Of a stretch of DNA of 32,278 bases, positions 1 to 11,418 are shown piece after piece. Under the pieces are notes generated by a model. That model was not told where the DNA came from. It ran no database searches and saw only the letters and a list, made by a program, of their open reading frames with translations. Position 1 is the stretch's first letter, and every line of letters starts with the position of its first letter. Origin of the DNA: Jimgerdemannia flammicorona (lineage: Eukaryota); the NCBI GenBank assembly GCA_003990765.1, contig RBNJ01000357.1, positions 1 to 32,278 of the forward strand, read 5' to 3'. Made by a program: the position numbers and the translations under genes.

Positions 1-615
1 GGGGGGGGGGGGGGGGGGTGGGGTGGAGGCTCGACGTCCATCGAGAGGGGTTGGATGGAGAAAGAGAATAGCCAGCATGAGTTGCTTCTCCGTGGATGAG
101 TGGAGAGGTAACTTGACAAGTGTACAATCGCAAACACGTATTTTCAAATTCCATCGTCAACACTACAAGAACTCAATCGCTTGTCGGAGTAGAAAAAAGG
201 CTCTGACAAAGCTGTGTAGTAGCCCGGCCACGACCTCTTCAGGTTCAAAAGGAGACGATTTTTTTTTTTTTTTTAATATTAATAACAAACCTTTTTTAAA
301 AATAAAATAAAATAAAATAAAATAAAATCTTGGGCCAGCATACGACATGACTTCGCCTAATAATCTGATAAAATAGGAATTGCTTTAATAATGACATTAA
401 ATATCCTTCGAAAGTCTTGTAATCAAGCACGGTCTTTTTATTTTATTTTTCCGTGAAATATGGCGTTTAAACTATTTTTCTAAACGTCAACAAAATTTGA
501 ATATGTTATTATGGATAACACTCCCGATAAAGAACTGACTACATTAAACTAATTATATTTCTACGAGTGGGTCATTAGATTGCCAGTACTAACGTATTTG
601 GAAAAATGGCTTTCG

Positions 616-2885
616 CTACGATCTAGCGAGCAAAAACCCGTCAAAGTAGTCTTCAAGAGTCGAGAAATCTTGCAAGGTCACGGACGCTCCTACGTGTTCA
701 TCTGGTCTTAATACAAACGCAGCTCCGCCCTCAGTCGCGCCGTATTTGACATGCATCCGATTCATTTTGTCCACCAGAATCGTGTGCTGGCTCAAGAACT
801 GCAACTCGCCAGCATGGTGCAGGATCTTTGTCGTCGTCGTCACCCATAGGAACTTGATCAGGGGGCTGGAATCCCGCAAGCGGAACCGATTGACAAATGA
901 ATTTGGGTTGCTCAAATGTTCATGAATTTTACACAATTCCGCAACCGTGGCCGACGACAGTGTTGGATCTCCTACGAACACCAGGATGTAAAACCTGCCG
1001 GCTTCCTTGAATTGATCGTGAAGCCATACCTCCGAGCCATCTTTGCGATACAAGGTTCCATTCAGCGCGATTTGACCAATGCGAATTCTAGGGTGCAGCT
1101 CAGAGATGCAAAATTCTGTTGAGTTGATCACGTTGGGACTATACTCAATATCTGTCCCTATCGACATGCGGAGAGCTCGATTCGTCGCATACGCTAGCTC
1201 TCTCATAATCGTTGCGGTATCCGTGGCACCGCCGGGAACATTGCGGCCCATCTGTAGACGAGTGGTGCTATCTGAATACGCCTGAATTCGGGCTATGATC
1301 TCTCTTCGCTCCGAGTCAAAGGTGTCCAAGACATCCAAGGATGCAAGTCCTTGATCGTAAAGGTGGAGCTTCCAGAACAAGTTGTAAACGTCACCGAACC
1401 CGAGATTTAGTCCTGATATCAATAGTCGAATGATCGGTCATAACTGGTTAGGCTGATGATTTAGGTAAAGTGCAACCTATTTGAATCTGTCACTAACCTT
1501 GACCTGTTTTCGGGCTTTGCACATGTATCGCATCCCCAACAAGGAAGACGCGGTTGCTAGCGCTGAAAGCAGCAGCAACGAGCACATTGACTGGTGGAAT
1601 ATATATATAAATATATATTAGTAACAAGATATCACCCAAATTAGAAGGCATGGCTGAACTCTTACCAGAGTAGGTAGTGAAGTATGTCACATTGTCAACC
1701 AGCAACTCATTGGGCTCCAGAATTCTCCGTATTTTTTCCACAAATTGATCTAAAGTTGCTGTGATTCCCAATGGCATAGGCGAGTCATCGTTTAGCGGAA
1801 CAGCTATTTTATACATTCCATATTCGCTCTTCGGGTAGCATAGAATTGTTCCCCATTTGCTGCTCTTGTGCACACTGTACGGAAACGTAAGGCTCGTAAT
1901 CAATGATTGAAGGTGACGGATCGAATGCAAAGCTTCACTGCATTAATGGTAGTAATACCTACATCAAGCTGCGTGCGTCCGGATGTTTCAGCTGTCCAGC
2001 TACGTCGATGTTTCCGGAAATATACTCATTATTGACTCCCTCGAAGGGAATCGCCAGCTTTTTTCGAACAAAAGAACGTGCGCCGTCTGCGGCTATCAAA
2101 TATCTAGATTGCACGAGCTCGGTGGACACGCCGCCAGTACGGGCCGGCTTGCTCAATGTAATTGTGATGGGGTAGGTGCTTTGGCCAGCTTCGGCTTCGG
2201 CGTCGTTGATGTCAAGTCCCACCACCGTAACAGATCTTTCCACACGTACCCCGAGCTGCTCCAGACGGTTGATTAAGATATTCTCCAGGTCTGACTGTGC
2301 CATGAAGGTATACATGCTCTTATATTTGCAATTCTAACCATTTGATTATAGAGTCATTATGGTTATTAGCGCTACTATTTAAAAATGATCAAGTAAACAT
2401 GTGCTTGGGGCTGATCAATAAAGACCTACTATACAAACCTCGTCGCTCATTGACACCGTCCCAACTTTCTGAGAGTCGCTGTAATAAACAACCTCGGATA
2501 CTTTGCAACCTATTCGTTCGAAATCCCCGGCGACGTTCAAAAATGGTTTTGAGAAAATCTCAAGCTGCCTGGGGAATACGTTATCCGCCTTCCCTGATTT
2601 TACAGGACATGGAAGCCTATCTACAGACGGCAGTCATGTTTTAGTCCATAAACCTGCTCAGTTCCTCAACATACCAAATACTATGCTTCAAACAAGATCA
2701 ACCTACCTACAATCCTGACTTTGTATCCCAACTGAACAAATAGAATTGCTGAATAGAGGCCTGGCAACGACAAAGAAATGTCATTAATAATTAAAGCATA
2801 CAAGAGGACATACTACAGTCGAACGGCGATGACACCTACCGACTGGGCCGGCCCCTGCGACGAAGATGTCTGTCTCTATAGTCAT
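616..2885 (-). CDS. FAD-dependent monooxygenase, phenol 2-monooxygenase/PheA-TfdB type, 7 exons (2885-2840, 2760-2707, 2620-2439, 2333-1963, 1874-1666, 1590-1498, 1412-616), 583 aa
   Basis: The spliced product starts MTIETDIFVAGAGPVG (GxGxxG FAD fingerprint) and contains GKADNVFPRQLEIF, YLIAADGARSFVRK (DG motif), [34 protein letters not shown] (GD motif) and a C-terminal VLRPDEHVG domain. All introns are GT-AG and the exons sum to 1752 nt in frame. Confidence 0.92.
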
Positions 2886-2947
2886 TCGACGATCAAGGAC
2901 TGTGTGGAGTTTCAAAAAGAATGAAAGACGTGAGAATTTACGTGGGG

Positions 2948-2955
2948 TTTATATA
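2948..2955 (-). promoter_or_regulatory. Candidate TATA box (TATATAAA) of the monooxygenase gene
   Basis: TATATAAA on the minus strand, ~63 nt upstream of the ATG at 2885. Confidence 0.5.
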
Positions 2956-4270
2956 ACCGAACGTTCATGCCATTGGTCTGAGGCTATCACAAAATCTTAT
3001 CAAACCATAATACTTAAATACTCATGCACTTACCCAATAGAGCTCGGAAGCTCAAACATATTGAAGTTGACATTGTTCTTCTGTTCCGAAATGTTGATGT
3101 GACGTCTGGATTCGACGGGTTAAAGCCGCGATGCTTCGGTGAGATCTTTTTTAAACATCCGCAACCCAATGACAAGGGTGCTCGTTTATGCAGGTTGCTT
3201 TTTAGTGTCGCATTGCTCAATACGACTGATACGGGCTGGAGGCCATTTGTTCCACATTGACAACGATGATCTATCTCGATGGATGTCCGGTAACAACCGC
3301 TCGAAACAAGATTTGATCGATTATGCCTAACGTGCGGGTAATGATCGCTATTGCGTTGCTGACAGAAAGCGATGAAGGCAGAGGAATTTTGTTTTCGAGC
3401 TTTCGTGTTTTGGCGTGGTTTGAAACCACCATCAATGAATTTTGAGCTACAGTTATTGGGCATACGTGAGTCGGGGTTTAGGCCTCGTGTCTATTCGGAA
3501 ATAAAAAAGTTCACAAAACACTCAGAAGCACAGAAGGAGGGAGATTTTTTTTTTTTTTTTTTTTTGATATTTCCCAGATGCTAATTGGTCTCTGCCTCAA
3601 TAAATCCGAGAGCCTGACCATCATGTAAGTTGCTGCGCTCCAGTCCGAGAGAGAACGGATTGTAGCAAAGAATTGAAGCCACTGGTGGATTGAAGAATAT
3701 CCGAAGCTGACCTTGGCTTTTGACGCGGCTCATGAAATTAGCAGTGACGTCACGAAGACGCTGCGCGAACTGCGCACACAGTTCCGAGCAATATATAATG
3801 CACGGATCACAAAATATTCACCACGACAACGGAAACGTATGCCGTGACAATATGAGAAACGATTAGGAAGCTCCTTCCCGACGATCGCGACCTTTCCAAC
3901 ATTTTTGCAAGAAACATATAATGCAGATATAATAGCTACGATTCAAAAAGACTTTATCTCGAAACCCTTCATTGCAACCCTAATGCACATGGCTGTGGAG
4001 CAAATGCAGTTTTGGCGAAGGCTATTTAGAAGTAATACAAATCAGTGAGTTAGAACAAGATTGTATGTTAAACTATCCGATAATTCCGCCTAATAAATGA
4101 GCAAGACTCTGCCACCCATTATCATCCCACAACAAATCTTACCGACAAACGAAAAGCGCTCTCTCGCATAGCAACAATCGTCCAACACATTACCTCCCCG
4201 CCCCCTCTCAACGTCACCCGACATCCTACCTCCTCCATTCTCGCCATCCCCTTCATTTGTCTCAACCCCC

Positions 4271-4786
4271 TCACACCGCCAATGACCTGAAGCACACACG
4301 CTCCATCTCGTGTATCGCCACGTCCAGCTCGTCCCTCAGTCTCACGACCCGCCGGCGGATCTCGTCTCGCTGCTCTGTCAGCACGCGGGACCGCGTCGCC
4401 GTCAGTTGCGTCAGTGTCTTGGTGTCGTTCAGCAACAGGTGCTGTTTCAGGTCCGTGATGAGCGTTAACAGGGCCTCAGAAGAACGAACCTGTGGAAATA
4501 GTAAGGGAGAGAGAGAGAGAGAGAGAGAGATGAATGTTGGATATGGTGCAGGAAGCGGGGGAGGGAAAGAATGGAAAGGGGGGGGACGTACGATCTGGGC
4601 GGCCTGGCTTTCGATCTGGTACCCCTCCTGCGCGACAACGAACTTGTCTTTGTCTTTGATCTCGGCGACTTTGACAATGTCGTTGAACGAGTCGACCAGC
4701 TTATCGACGTGCTCATCAATGTGTTTGTTGTACTGCTCCTCGATCTGGCGCATGACGGAGACGGTGTTTGTGGCAACGGCGGTCAT
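4271..4786 (-). CDS. MED22: Mediator complex subunit Med22/Srb6 (Surfeit-5 family), 2 exons (4786-4592, 4489-4271), 137 aa
   Basis: LVDSFNDIVKVA...YQIESQAAQI|VRSSEALLTLITDLKQHLLLND matches the Med22 pattern. The 102-nt intron runs GTACGT...CACAG. Confidence 0.88.
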   Translation of the reverse strand: MTAVATNTVSVMRQIEEQYNKHIDEHVDKLVDSFNDIVKVAEIKDKDKFVVAQEGYQIESQAAQIVRPPPFHSFPPPLPAPYPTFISLSLSLSPLLFPQVRSSEALLTLITDLKQHLLLNDTKTLTQLTATRSRVLTEQRDEIRRRVVRLRDELDVAIHEMERVCFRSLAV

Positions 4787-4878
4787 GGGGGTGGTGGTGG
4801 GTGGGTGGTGTGTGGTGTGTGGTGGGTGGTGTGTGTGTGTGGGTGGTGGGTGGGTGGCTTGGGTCGTAAATCGCGGGA

Positions 4879-5046
4879 TGACGTCACGTGTGGTTGATAA
4901 GATACGGCATGCACATCGTTTGACATGTATGCTTTGAAAATGACTATAGGAAGTCAGGGTCTAGGCTTTTCGGCACGGCCCAGGTCACCCCTGCTTTCGC
5001 ATATCTCACGCACGGACTTGCGTGCCAGTGACACAATCCACGTGAC
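4879..5046. promoter_or_regulatory. Divergent MED22/ALDH promoter with overlapping CRE (TGACGTCA, 4879-4886) and GTCACGTG E-box (4883-4890), plus a second inverted GTCACGTG (5039-5046)
   Basis: Motifs read directly in the 351-bp gap between two head-to-head ATGs. Assigning them to ATF/CREB-type bZIP and Cbf1-type bHLH factors is inference. Confidence 0.5.
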
Positions 5047-5137
5047 CCGAACGAGGGTCCCAGTCTTTAAATTTCCCACACCTCCTGCGCGTTTCCCATC
5101 TCTCCTCTTTTCTTCTTTTTCAACCAAAACTTCAATC

Positions 5138-7543
5138 ATGTCTCCGCCCGCCGATCTGCAGACTATCACCTTGCCCAGTGGCAAGCAGATCCAAGGTATT
5201 TAAAAGTCGAAACAACCATCCCCCCCCCCAAAAAAGGAACCGCAGCGTAGCCGCATATACATGTGGCCCATGTCGAGGGGGATCTAAGACGCGTGCGAAA
5301 GAGGCGTTCGGAGACGACACCACTTTGTTTTTCGCAAACGTAATCCATGAATGAAACATTTTCGTTCAACCCACTGACCTGCCCACTCTTCATACCCCCT
5401 ACAGTCCACACTCACCTCTTCATCAACAACGAGTTCGTCCCCGGTACCTCCGGCAAGACCTTCGAAACCATCAATCCTACCAACGGCAAGCCCATCATCG
5501 CCGTTCAGGAGGCGACCGAGGCCGATGTCGACAAGGCTGTCGCCGTTGCGACCGAGGTAAATGAAGCTTTTTCTTACGCTCCTCCTTCCATCGTGTGTTA
5601 GAACAAAATGTCTACTTCCCTCCTTGGAGTCGCGATCCAATATAAAAATTAACACTGCTTTTCATATTACGCGCTCCCTCGCCCCATCCAGTGCTTTGAG
5701 AAAGTCTGGAAGAAAGTCGCGGCCGCTGAACGCGGTAAGTTGATCTTTAAGCTCGCGGATCTGATCGAACGCGACGCGGAAAGTTTGGCGATACTGGAGG
5801 CCCTCGATAATGGCAAGTCGTACAAGATTGCTCTCGAGGGTGACATCGTCGACTCCGTTGGTTGCTACCGCTACTTCGCCGGATGGGCCGACAAGATCCA
5901 TGGCAAGACCATCGAGACCACAAACGACAAACTGTGCTACACTAGGCACGAACCAGTCGGCGTCGTCGGTGCCATCATTGTGAGTACCGTGGCAAGAGTC
6001 TGTCTGGGAGGAGGGGCTATTGCTGATTTAAGGATAGTCTTTGCTGACCCTCGTGGCCACATCTTTGTGTAGCCGTGGAACTACCCCATTATGATGTCCG
6101 CTTGGAAGCTTGCCCCTGCCCTCGCCTGTGGCAACTGCAGTAAAGTATCCATACCTCGTGTCCTATGTTTCATGTATTTTGTCGTCACATTTGCTCATTA
6201 CCTTTCTCACCTCTTTCAAAATAGTCGTCCTCAAGACCTCCGAGTATACTCCCCTGTCCGCCTTGAAGTTCGCTGAGCTCGTCAAGGAAGCCGGTTTCCC
6301 TCCTGTGAGTATTATCATTCATAGGCAGTGAGCTAACCGCCACGTGATGTCACAATCTGTTTATTTGCTGACCTTGCTTGACCTTATTTTGTATCTTCTT
6401 TTGTGCAGGGCGTCGTTAATATCCTGTCTGGTTATGGTAGCCCAAGTGAGTTCTATATTTCTTGCATCGCACCATCATATACAAGTAACCAACCATGCCG
6501 CTCTTACCCTCCTCCTCCTCAGCCGGCGCCTACCTCGCCAGCCACCCTGGCGTCTCCAAACTCGCCTTCACCGGTTCGACCCTGACGGGCCGCAAGATTC
6601 TCGAGTCCTCTGCCAAGAGCAACCTTAAGAAGATTCAGCTTGAGCTCGGCGGCAAATCAGCCAACATTGTCTGCGCGGACGCTGACCTAGACGAGGCGGT
6701 CAAGTGGACCACGGCCGGCATCTTCAACAACCACGGTCAGTCCTGCAACGCAGGTTCCCGCATCTATGTCCACGAGTCTCTGGCTCACGAATTCATCGAA
6801 CGCTTCAAGAAGGAGGCCCTCGCCATCAAGGTCGGCGACCCGTTCCACGAAGAAACCTTCCAGGGCCCGCAGATCTCACAGGTCCAGTTCGACAAGATTC
6901 TCGGCTACATCGAATCCGGCAAGAAGGAAGGTGCCCGCGTTGTCACTGGCGGCGCTAGGTGGGGTACCGTGGGTTATTTCGTCCAGCCCACCGTGTTCGC
7001 CGACTGTAGGGACGAGATGAAAATCATGCAGGAGGAGATCTTTGGGCCCGTCGTCTCCATCGCTACGTTCAAGACTGTCGAGGAGGCGATCGAGAGGGCA
7101 AACGGAACGTCGTATGGGCTCGCGGGTGGCGTGTTCACCAAGGATCTGTCGACCGCCATCAGGGTGTCAAATGAGTTGAAGGCCGGGACCGTGTGGGTGA
7201 ATTGCTTTGATTTGTTCGATCAGGTAAGACGATGGACTGGGATGTTATATTGTGTTTTATGTGGATGTCGATGAGCGATCGGTTGCTTAAAATGCTCGCC
7301 TTTCCTAATACGTTCTCCTGCCACCATTATCGCGCAGAGTACTCCCTTCGGTGGCTACAAAGTAAGATAATCTTATGGTTTCTTCCATAATCGGGGGGTT
7401 TTTTCTATTAAACACCTGCTTACTGTACCGTCACTCTCTCTCCTCCTCAAAAATAGCAATCCGGCTTCGGCAAGGAACTCGGCGAGTATGCACTGCACGA
7501 GTACACCCAGGTCAAGTCCGTTAAGATCAAAATCGACCCTTAA
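5138..7543 (+). CDS. NAD(P)+-dependent aldehyde dehydrogenase (ALDH1/2-like), 9 exons (5138-5195, 5405-5556, 5692-5979, 6073-6139, 6225-6304, 6409-6445, 6523-7223, 7338-7361, 7457-7543), 497 aa
   Basis: Motifs [35 protein letters not shown] (catalytic Glu), GQSCNAGSR (catalytic Cys), EEIFGPV and PFGGYKQSGFGKE. Splice phases are consistent and total 1494 nt. Confidence 0.96.
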
Positions 7544-8121
7544 GTGCGCAATGAAACGAGGAGTCGCATTCTGGGCTGCAATTAGCGTTAGGATTCCGCA
7601 GTGAGGGGTGTAGCTCCGTTTTACATGTATATTTTTTTCTTAAATTGTTCTGAAAAAGCAAAACAATAAAAGCAAAACATCTGTGAATAGTGTCATCGAG
7701 AAAGTTGTGCGTACAGCAAATGGATGAAGTATGATATACGTGACTGGTGTGCAAGTCGATGAGGTCAATTTACCCAAAGGCGTTGCACGTGATGTTGACG
7801 TCACTGGCCGTTTGAGGTTCTTATATGAAATTGATAACCATCGGCATAGCAGTCCTTATGTAGACGGTTATCCTCCATCTCCATCTCAAGAATTCGAAGT
7901 GATCGTCAATTCGAAGATGACTGATGAATGGATTTATAATGCAAAAAGTCCATTTCGTGGATAGTAGTACATATACAGTGTGACGAAACAACCTTCCCTC
8001 CTTGATCCTTGATCAAATTCTCCTTCGACCTTCCGCCAAATCACCAAAGCTACCATCGCCATCCGCCTTAAATTTGACGGTACGTCCCTTGCTACTGCTG
8101 CCTTGGCTGCCCCGGTTAGCC

Positions 8122-11100
8122 TTACTGCCTGGGCCGCCCCTGTTGCTGCTGTTGCTGCTTCGCCATCTTTTTCTCCTCCTCCGCCGACATCGGCCCCCCC
8201 TTCGGCAAAACAAACCCACCAATATTGTCTCCCCTAGGAGGCTTAGCCGGCGCGACAGACGCGGTAGTGGCGGTGCGCGCGGGGAGAGGCACAGGGCTCT
8301 GGGTCAGCCTTCCCGCGGCATTGTTTCCATCACGGATGACGAACCCGCCAACGTTGTCGGCCCTCTGCGCCGCGGCCAGCGCTGGCGTCTGTGCGGGAGA
8401 GGGTGACCCAGAGTACTGCGGGTCCTGCTGAGGATGCCAGTAGGTTGGCTGTTGCTGCGCGCCGTACTGCTGCTGCGCGTACGCGAAGTGCTGCGCAAAC
8501 TCCGAATAGGGGCGCGGCGCGGGTGCTGCGACCTGTTGCGCTTGTTGGTATAGCTGGCCGTAGTTGTAGGTTGTGTAGGTAGGGTAGGGAGCCGTCGCTT
8601 GTGGGGCAAGCGTGTTGGCGTAGCCTTGCGGAGGGGACGGCACCGCGGACTGGTAAGGCGACGTGTGCGTTTGGAGAGGGGACGGCACCGCGGACTGGTA
8701 AGGCGACGTGCGCGCTTGGAGAGGGGACGGCACTGCGGACTGGTAAGGTGACGTGTGCGCTTGGAGAGGGGAGGAGAAGAGGCCCGGGGCCGGCCCGTCA
8801 TCCACCTGGACCTTGTCATCGGTATATGCGGCAGCGGCGGCACCGGCGGCCATGGCAGCGACAACCTCGGCGTCGAGAGGTACTTGATGTTTGGAGACCG
8901 CACGGGCCAGGGAGGTGCTGCCGGTGGCGGCCTCGGCTGTGAGGGGTACTTCGTGTTTGGAGACGGCACGGGCAAGGGAGGTGCTGCCGGTGGCGGCTTC
9001 GGCCATGAGGGGTACTTCGTGTTTGGAGACGGCGCGGGCCAGGGAGGTACTTCCGGTGGCTGCCTCGGCTGTAAGGGTTTCTTTGGTCTCCGTGGATTCT
9101 GTTTTGGTGGTGGTGGCCGTGGTTGTGGCGGGGGCAGAGGTGCCGGCGGCAGCGGCAGCGGCGGCGGCGGCGACGGTGGTGGTGGTCGTGCTGACCCTCT
9201 TGTTGGTGATGACGGTAGAGTGGAATTCCTCGATGGAGTCGGTGGAGAGGGTGCGGCTCGGGTGATGGGCCACGGGCACGGGCTCGTACTCGGACGGCTT
9301 CTGGTACTCGGTGGGCTCCTCGGCGGGCTCCTCGGCGGGCTTCTGGGTGACCGGGTAGGCTGGGGGCGGCGAGGGCGGCGAAGGCAGGTTGTCGAAAGCG
9401 GCCTCGTCGGAACGGATAGTGGTCGAGGTCTCGACCCTCGTACTGCCAGCGACGACAACAGTGATGGACGAGTCTGTGGAGAGCTGGCGATCCCGCTGCG
9501 GGGCCAAGGTCTCCTGGCGCTCCCGCTGCGAGGCCAAGGTTTCCTGGCGCCCCGGCAGTGACGCCAAGGTCTCCTGTCGCTCGGAAAGCGAGGCCACAGT
9601 CTCCTGGCGCTCCGGAGGCGACGCTACGCTCTCCTGGCGCTCCGGAGGCGACACCACGCTTTCCTGGCGCTCCGGAGGCGACGCTACGCTCTCCTGGCGC
9701 TCCGGAGGCGACACCACGCTTTCCTGGCGCTCCGGAGGCGACGCTACGCTCTCCCGCGTGCTCTGACGGAAGGGAAGTGGCGGTGAAGAAGCGAGGCTAG
9801 CGACGGAGTCTTGCGGTGTCATGAACATAGTCTGCCTCGATACCGGCGGGGAGGGCGTGGACGGGTACAGCGTAAAGTTAGGAGATGAGGAGTCCGAGGT
9901 CAGGTTATCCCTCGTGAGTGGCGGGGACGGCAAAGACGTGTACAGGGAAGTGGTGTCCGACTCCACCGAGTCCTGCGACGCCAGACGCTCCCTCGTCAGC
10001 GGCGGCGACGGCATAGACGCGTACAGCGACATGCCGTCCGAGTCCTGCGAGTCCTGCGACGTAACCGAGGCCAACCGTTCCCTGGAGTGGGCGGAGCGCG
10101 ACGAGGCGCCGATCCCCACATCGACGTCATCGGCAGAGACGGCGTGCTCGGCAGCGTCGTGCTGCAGCTGGGCCATACGGGTCGAAGGGTGACGCGACAA
10201 CGCCATGTTCTCCCCACTGTCGTTATCTTGCTGGTAGAAAGCCTCCGCGCCTACCTTTTGTGTCAGCGTCGGGCGCTCGTCCAGCTCGGGGGCGTGCCAC
10301 CCGTTCACCGCTTCAAGCGCGTCCGCAAGAACCTGGGCTGTCTGCCGCCCACCCTTGTACTCGGGGCGCTTCCCGCCCATCACGGTGGGGGTCACGTCAA
10401 TCTCATCGATGATATAACGGCCGAAACCGGCGAGGATCGCCGTCTTCTCCGCGACTTCAAAAAGTGCGTTGAATTGAATGTAGAAGGCCTCGCGGAGGGC
10501 AAAGCGCTTGAAGTCTGCGAGCTCGGTCTCTTGTTCTTGCGTTTCGTGGTCAAGGGCGACGAGTTCGTGCTGGAATTCTTTGAGTTTGGTGGACCTGGGA
10601 CTCGTTTTTTGGAGGTTCTGGATGCGCATCTGCAAGTCGCGCTTCTTCTGGCGTGAGTCGAAGAGGGCCTCCTCGCGGATGCGGATCGACTTGAGGGTCG
10701 AGCGATATTGCTGGTATTTGACTGAAGAGGACGGGAAGGGAGGCAGAGTAGGGGTGGGTGAGTGGGTGAGTTGAGGGCTCGTGTAGGAACGGGAGAATCG
10801 GACGTGTGGAATCAGAAAGAGCGTCCTACGATATATCTATATAATATATATATATGATGATTCTTACTGGCAAACGCGGATTCGATTTCGGCCTGCTTGG
10901 TGAGCAACTGACGGAGTTTGTCGGTAATGTCCTAGTAAGTTGGGTCGTTGCAAAGCGTTTCCCGTTAAATCACGCTGTTTTTCTGGTAAGGAGTCCCACC
11001 TCCTCGTCTTTCTCTTCTTCCTCTTCTAGCCCAATTACACTCAATTCACCTTCTTCTAGCCCATTACTCTCAATTCATACCCATGTGTATATATATATAT

Positions 11101-11360
11101 ATATATAGGATACATACATCCAAGTCCTCTCCCTCCGTCTTTCCCCACTCGTACAAAACCTTCGCGGCCTGTCCCTTCTCGTAGGCAAGAGTCTTGTAGG
11201 AGGTCCATATGTTCTTCTCCTCTGTAATGAGCAGGTGCACGGCGCGGGTGTCCTCGTGCTGGCGCGGGTCAACGCGTGCGAACTGGGACTTGACGTCGTG
11301 GGTGAACTTGCCAAGGTTCAGGTTGAAATTCTTGAAGTCAAGGGGATTATTGAAATTCAT
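8122..11360 (-). CDS. Pil1/Lsp1-family eisosome BAR-domain protein with long low-complexity repeat tail, 3 exons (11360-11118, 10931-10868, 10721-8122), 968 aa
   Basis: The N-terminal region LLITEEKN...LYEWGKTEGEDLD|DITDKL...YQQYRSTLKSIRIREEAL...ELADFKRFALREAFYIQFNALFEVAEKTAILAGFGRYIIDEIDVTP...RPEYKG matches Pil1/Lsp1. Introns are GTATGT..TAG and GTAAGA..CAG; total 2907 nt in frame. Confidence 0.88.
8631..8770 (-). repeat. 45-nt coding tandem repeat x3 (SPLQ[AT][HR]TSPYQSAVP)
   Basis: Three near-identical units containing ggggacggcac(c/t)gcggactggtaagg(c/t)gacgtg. Confidence 0.9.
8876..9073 (-). repeat. 66-nt coding tandem repeat x3 (L[TM]AEAATGSTSLARAVSKH[EQ]VP)
   Basis: Three 22-aa units visible in both the translation and the DNA. 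Confidence 0.9.
9481..9750 (-). repeat. 30-nt coding minisatellite, 9 units (5 near-perfect SV[AV]SPPERQE at 9601-9750 and 4 diverged T[LV]A[SP]xx[EGD]RQ[EL] at 9481-9600)
   Basis: Units (c/t)tcctggcgctccggaggcgac(gct/acc)acgct alternate, giving a 60-nt super-period. Confidence 0.95.
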
Positions 11361-11374
11361 AGTCTGGGGTTGTT

Positions 11375-11418
11375 GTCCTACGGACAGGGGAGGAAGGTCC
11401 TACGGACAGGGGAGGAAG
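11375..11418. repeat. Perfect 22-bp tandem duplication (gtcctacggacaggggaggaag x2) just upstream of the Pil1-like ATG
   Basis: Read directly. Each unit contains the mini-hairpin GTCC-TAC-GGAC. Confidence 0.85.

Noticed and set aside
1..24. Poly(G) run at the window start
   Set aside because: No context available; could be a simple homopolymer or sequencing artefact, and it is not a telomeric repeat.
3014..3463. 149-aa ORF with SAFIAFCQQ, superficially like HMG-box helix 1 (of interest given Mucorales sex loci)
   Set aside because: Lacks the PxRP lead-in and the conserved Trp/helix-2/3 pattern; no supporting splice structure.
8304..10656. Long alternative-frame and antisense ORFs overlapping the Pil1-like exon
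   Set aside because: Expected shadows of GC-rich, repetitive coding sequence; low-complexity translations.
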